Shown here piece by piece: positions 62,201 to 64,000 of a DNA stretch of 64,000 bases; within the stretch, counting starts at the first letter, position 1; each line of letters begins with the position of its first letter. The notes beneath the pieces were generated by a model, which was not told the DNA's origin, did no database searches, and was given only the letters and a program-made list of their open reading frames with translations. Position numbers and translations under genes: made by a program. Source of the DNA: Klebsormidium nitens (Eukaryota > Plantae > Klebsormidiophyceae); NCBI GenBank assembly GCA_000708835.1, contig DF237127.1:62001-126000 (forward strand), given 5' to 3'.

Positions 62201-64000
62201 CGCCTGCCGCCGCCGCGCCCGTTTGGTCCGAGCACAGAACCCCCGACGGTCGCCCGTACTACTTCAACCGTGCGGTCCAAGTCTGCATATGGGAAAAGCC
62301 GTTGGAGCTGATGACCCCCCAAGAGCTGCATTCCCTCAACGTTTGGAAGGAGCTCATCACCCCCGACGGGCGCGTTTATTACTCCAACAGACTCACGATG
62401 GCGTCGAGTTGGACTGTGCCGGAGGATCTTCGCGCAGCGGGGGGGGGCTGGGCTGCTGGATCTAAGGGGGGGGCTGCCTTCGCTGGTGAGGATTCTTTAG
62501 AATTGACTCTTCAACATAAGGATAATGAGCTGTAGGATAAGCTCCTTAGCCACTGAGTCTTTTATCCCCAACGTTACGTGCTCCACAACCGTAAGCACCG
62601 TGAACCGCCAAACCAATTCCATCGGCCCCAGGCTGGTGACTTCACCGTCAACGCTCCCGATCTCTAGACTGAATCTTCATGCTCTATGGTTGGGGTCTGG
62701 AGTCAGCAGGTGGGTTTTAGCGCAAAGATGTTGAAAATTCAGCCGCTATCGATTGAGATTCTCAAAATACAGCAAGATTCGAGACGGGGGCCTTTGAAAA
62801 GCAATCGCCATGCCAGAGAAGCGAGGACGAGAGGGAAACACTTCAACACTGTGGTTTGAAGAACCGCAGTGCTCCGCTCCTGTCGCTGAGTTGATCGTTG
62901 ATCCCTTGTCGGATCCCGTTCCTTTTTGCGAAAGAGTCGTTGGCTGCTTCGTCAGTTTCTTGCAAAAGAAAAGTTTGAGCCAATCCATTGTAGTGAATAC
63001 TTTGGTGGACGAATTTTCTGATGCTATAAGACAGTGTTCGGCTTAGGTCAAATCTACGGTTTCCGGCCATGCTGGTCAAGTAGGAAACTGACTTGCCACC
63101 CTTGTCATCAGACCCCTTCTGCGGTCGATCCTTTTGCAGTGTTTCTCTCGTCAAGTTGTAGAAAGTATCATCTCTTGGTCATGACACACGAAATCTTGCT
63201 GATTTTACGGCCTCGCTTGTTGAATTGTCTTGTTATTCTTACTCGAGAGCGCTTCGGTGTGTTCAAAGGTCAGGATCTCTCAGACCCTAATGCCTTGAAA
63301 CCATTCTGCATTGCTTCCAGGTCCTATTGCTTCCCGGGCGTTTCCAGACGCCCAGCGAGCGGACTGGGACAGCCTGTTCCCCTGCATTGCGAACGGCTTC
63401 CCAACGGTTCCAGCGACTGAGCGGGCCACTCCGGACGTGCTGCGGACGCCTTTGGACGCACAACGAACGGTTCTGAGCGGCCGTCGGACGTTCTCGGACA
63501 CGCGGCAAGCAGAACTGGACAGCCTGTTCCCCTGCTCTGCGAACGGCTTCCGAACAGTACTAACAACCCAGCCGGCGATTTCGGGCGGACTTGGGAGCGC
63601 TCCCGACGCACTGTGGACACTTTCGGAAGCACAACGAACGGATCTAAGCGGCCGCCGGACGCTTTCGGACACCATGCAGAGGCTGTCGGACGCTGTCGCC
63701 GGGCGCAGCTCTGCAGAGCGCCCCTTGGCAGATGGTGCAATAAGGTCGAACCAGGTGTTAGCAGGGGACGGATTTACAGGGTCTCCCGACCCACTGCGGA
63801 CGCTTTCGGACGCACAGCAAACGGATCTAAGCGGCCGCCGGACGCTTTCGGACACCATGCGGAGGCTTTCGGACGCCATTGCAGGGTGCAGCGCTACAGA
63901 ACCCCCTTTGCAGAATGGTGCGATAGGGCCGAAACGGACGTCAGCAGGTGCGAGAGGGTTGGGGGGCGGTGAAGAGGATGAAACGCACTGGTTAGCGGAC
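53269..64000 (+). CDS. Large putative chromatin/transcription protein: Agenet(Tudor) + 2 GATA-type Zn fingers + AT-hook + tandem WW; 3' end beyond window
   Basis: Exons approx. 53269-53454, 54432-54511, 54763-54916, 55516-55602, 56013-59860 (across an N gap), 60252-61454, 62170-62485 and 63321->64000. Motifs: IETRSFQTGFRGAWF, GDKVDAYVLECWWSGTV, LRPTLRWAGKRW, CFDC-x18-CQTC, CMQC-x21-CNEC, GRPKRGRPKK, WSEHRTPDGRPYYFN..WEKP and WKELITPDGRVYYSN..WTVP. Linking the WW exons to this gene relies on inferred splicing. Confidence 0.75.
56077..56390. other. Assembly gap inside a coding exon; probably a false gap
   Basis: The 34 bp before the gap (ggggcacgggctgggtccccttcagaaacctgcg) are repeated after it. 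Merging the flanks gives a continuous Agenet C-terminus, GWVPFRNLRPTLRW. Confidence 0.9.
61998..62035 (+). repeat. 38-bp dispersed repeat, copy 2 (intronic)
   Basis: gaagatgggcttaccccccgacctaagctgctctctgg, 37/38 identical to the reverse complement of 30014-30051. Confidence 0.85.
63321..64000 (+). repeat. Internally repetitive coding exon missed by the ORF track
   Basis: The frame is open from the ccag acceptor at 63320 to the window end. DSLFPCxANGF occurs twice and (R/W)TLSxAQxTDLSGRRTLSDTMxRLSDA occurs twice, plus a looser third copy. Confidence 0.7.

Overview
Eukaryotic, intron-rich nuclear DNA, most consistent with a streptophyte green alga. Klebsormidium-like is my inference from plant-type genes, GC-rich exons and short GT-AG introns. 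Manual splicing supports nine protein-coding genes that strictly alternate strand: STT3 (3' end, +), OXS3-like (-), OBL-type class-3 lipase (+), BCM/CAAX-like plastid protein (-), ING2-like PHD protein (+), a secreted Cys-repeat NlpC/P60 peptidase (-), DCAF1/VprBP (+), LPA2-like (-), and a large Agenet / 2xGATA / AT-hook / tandem-WW protein (+) that runs off the window end. There are also several MITE/foldback elements, an organelle-type tRNA-Trp fragment and two N-gaps with overlapping flanks. The most notable items are (1) an intron-containing, bacterial-type NlpC/P60 peptidoglycan hydrolase with a signal peptide and CPGxxNIQCC modules, (2) the chimeric Agenet-GATA-WW protein, and (3) decayed copies of splice junctions repeated inside introns of several genes. 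All homology calls come from recalled family motifs; no database search was run.
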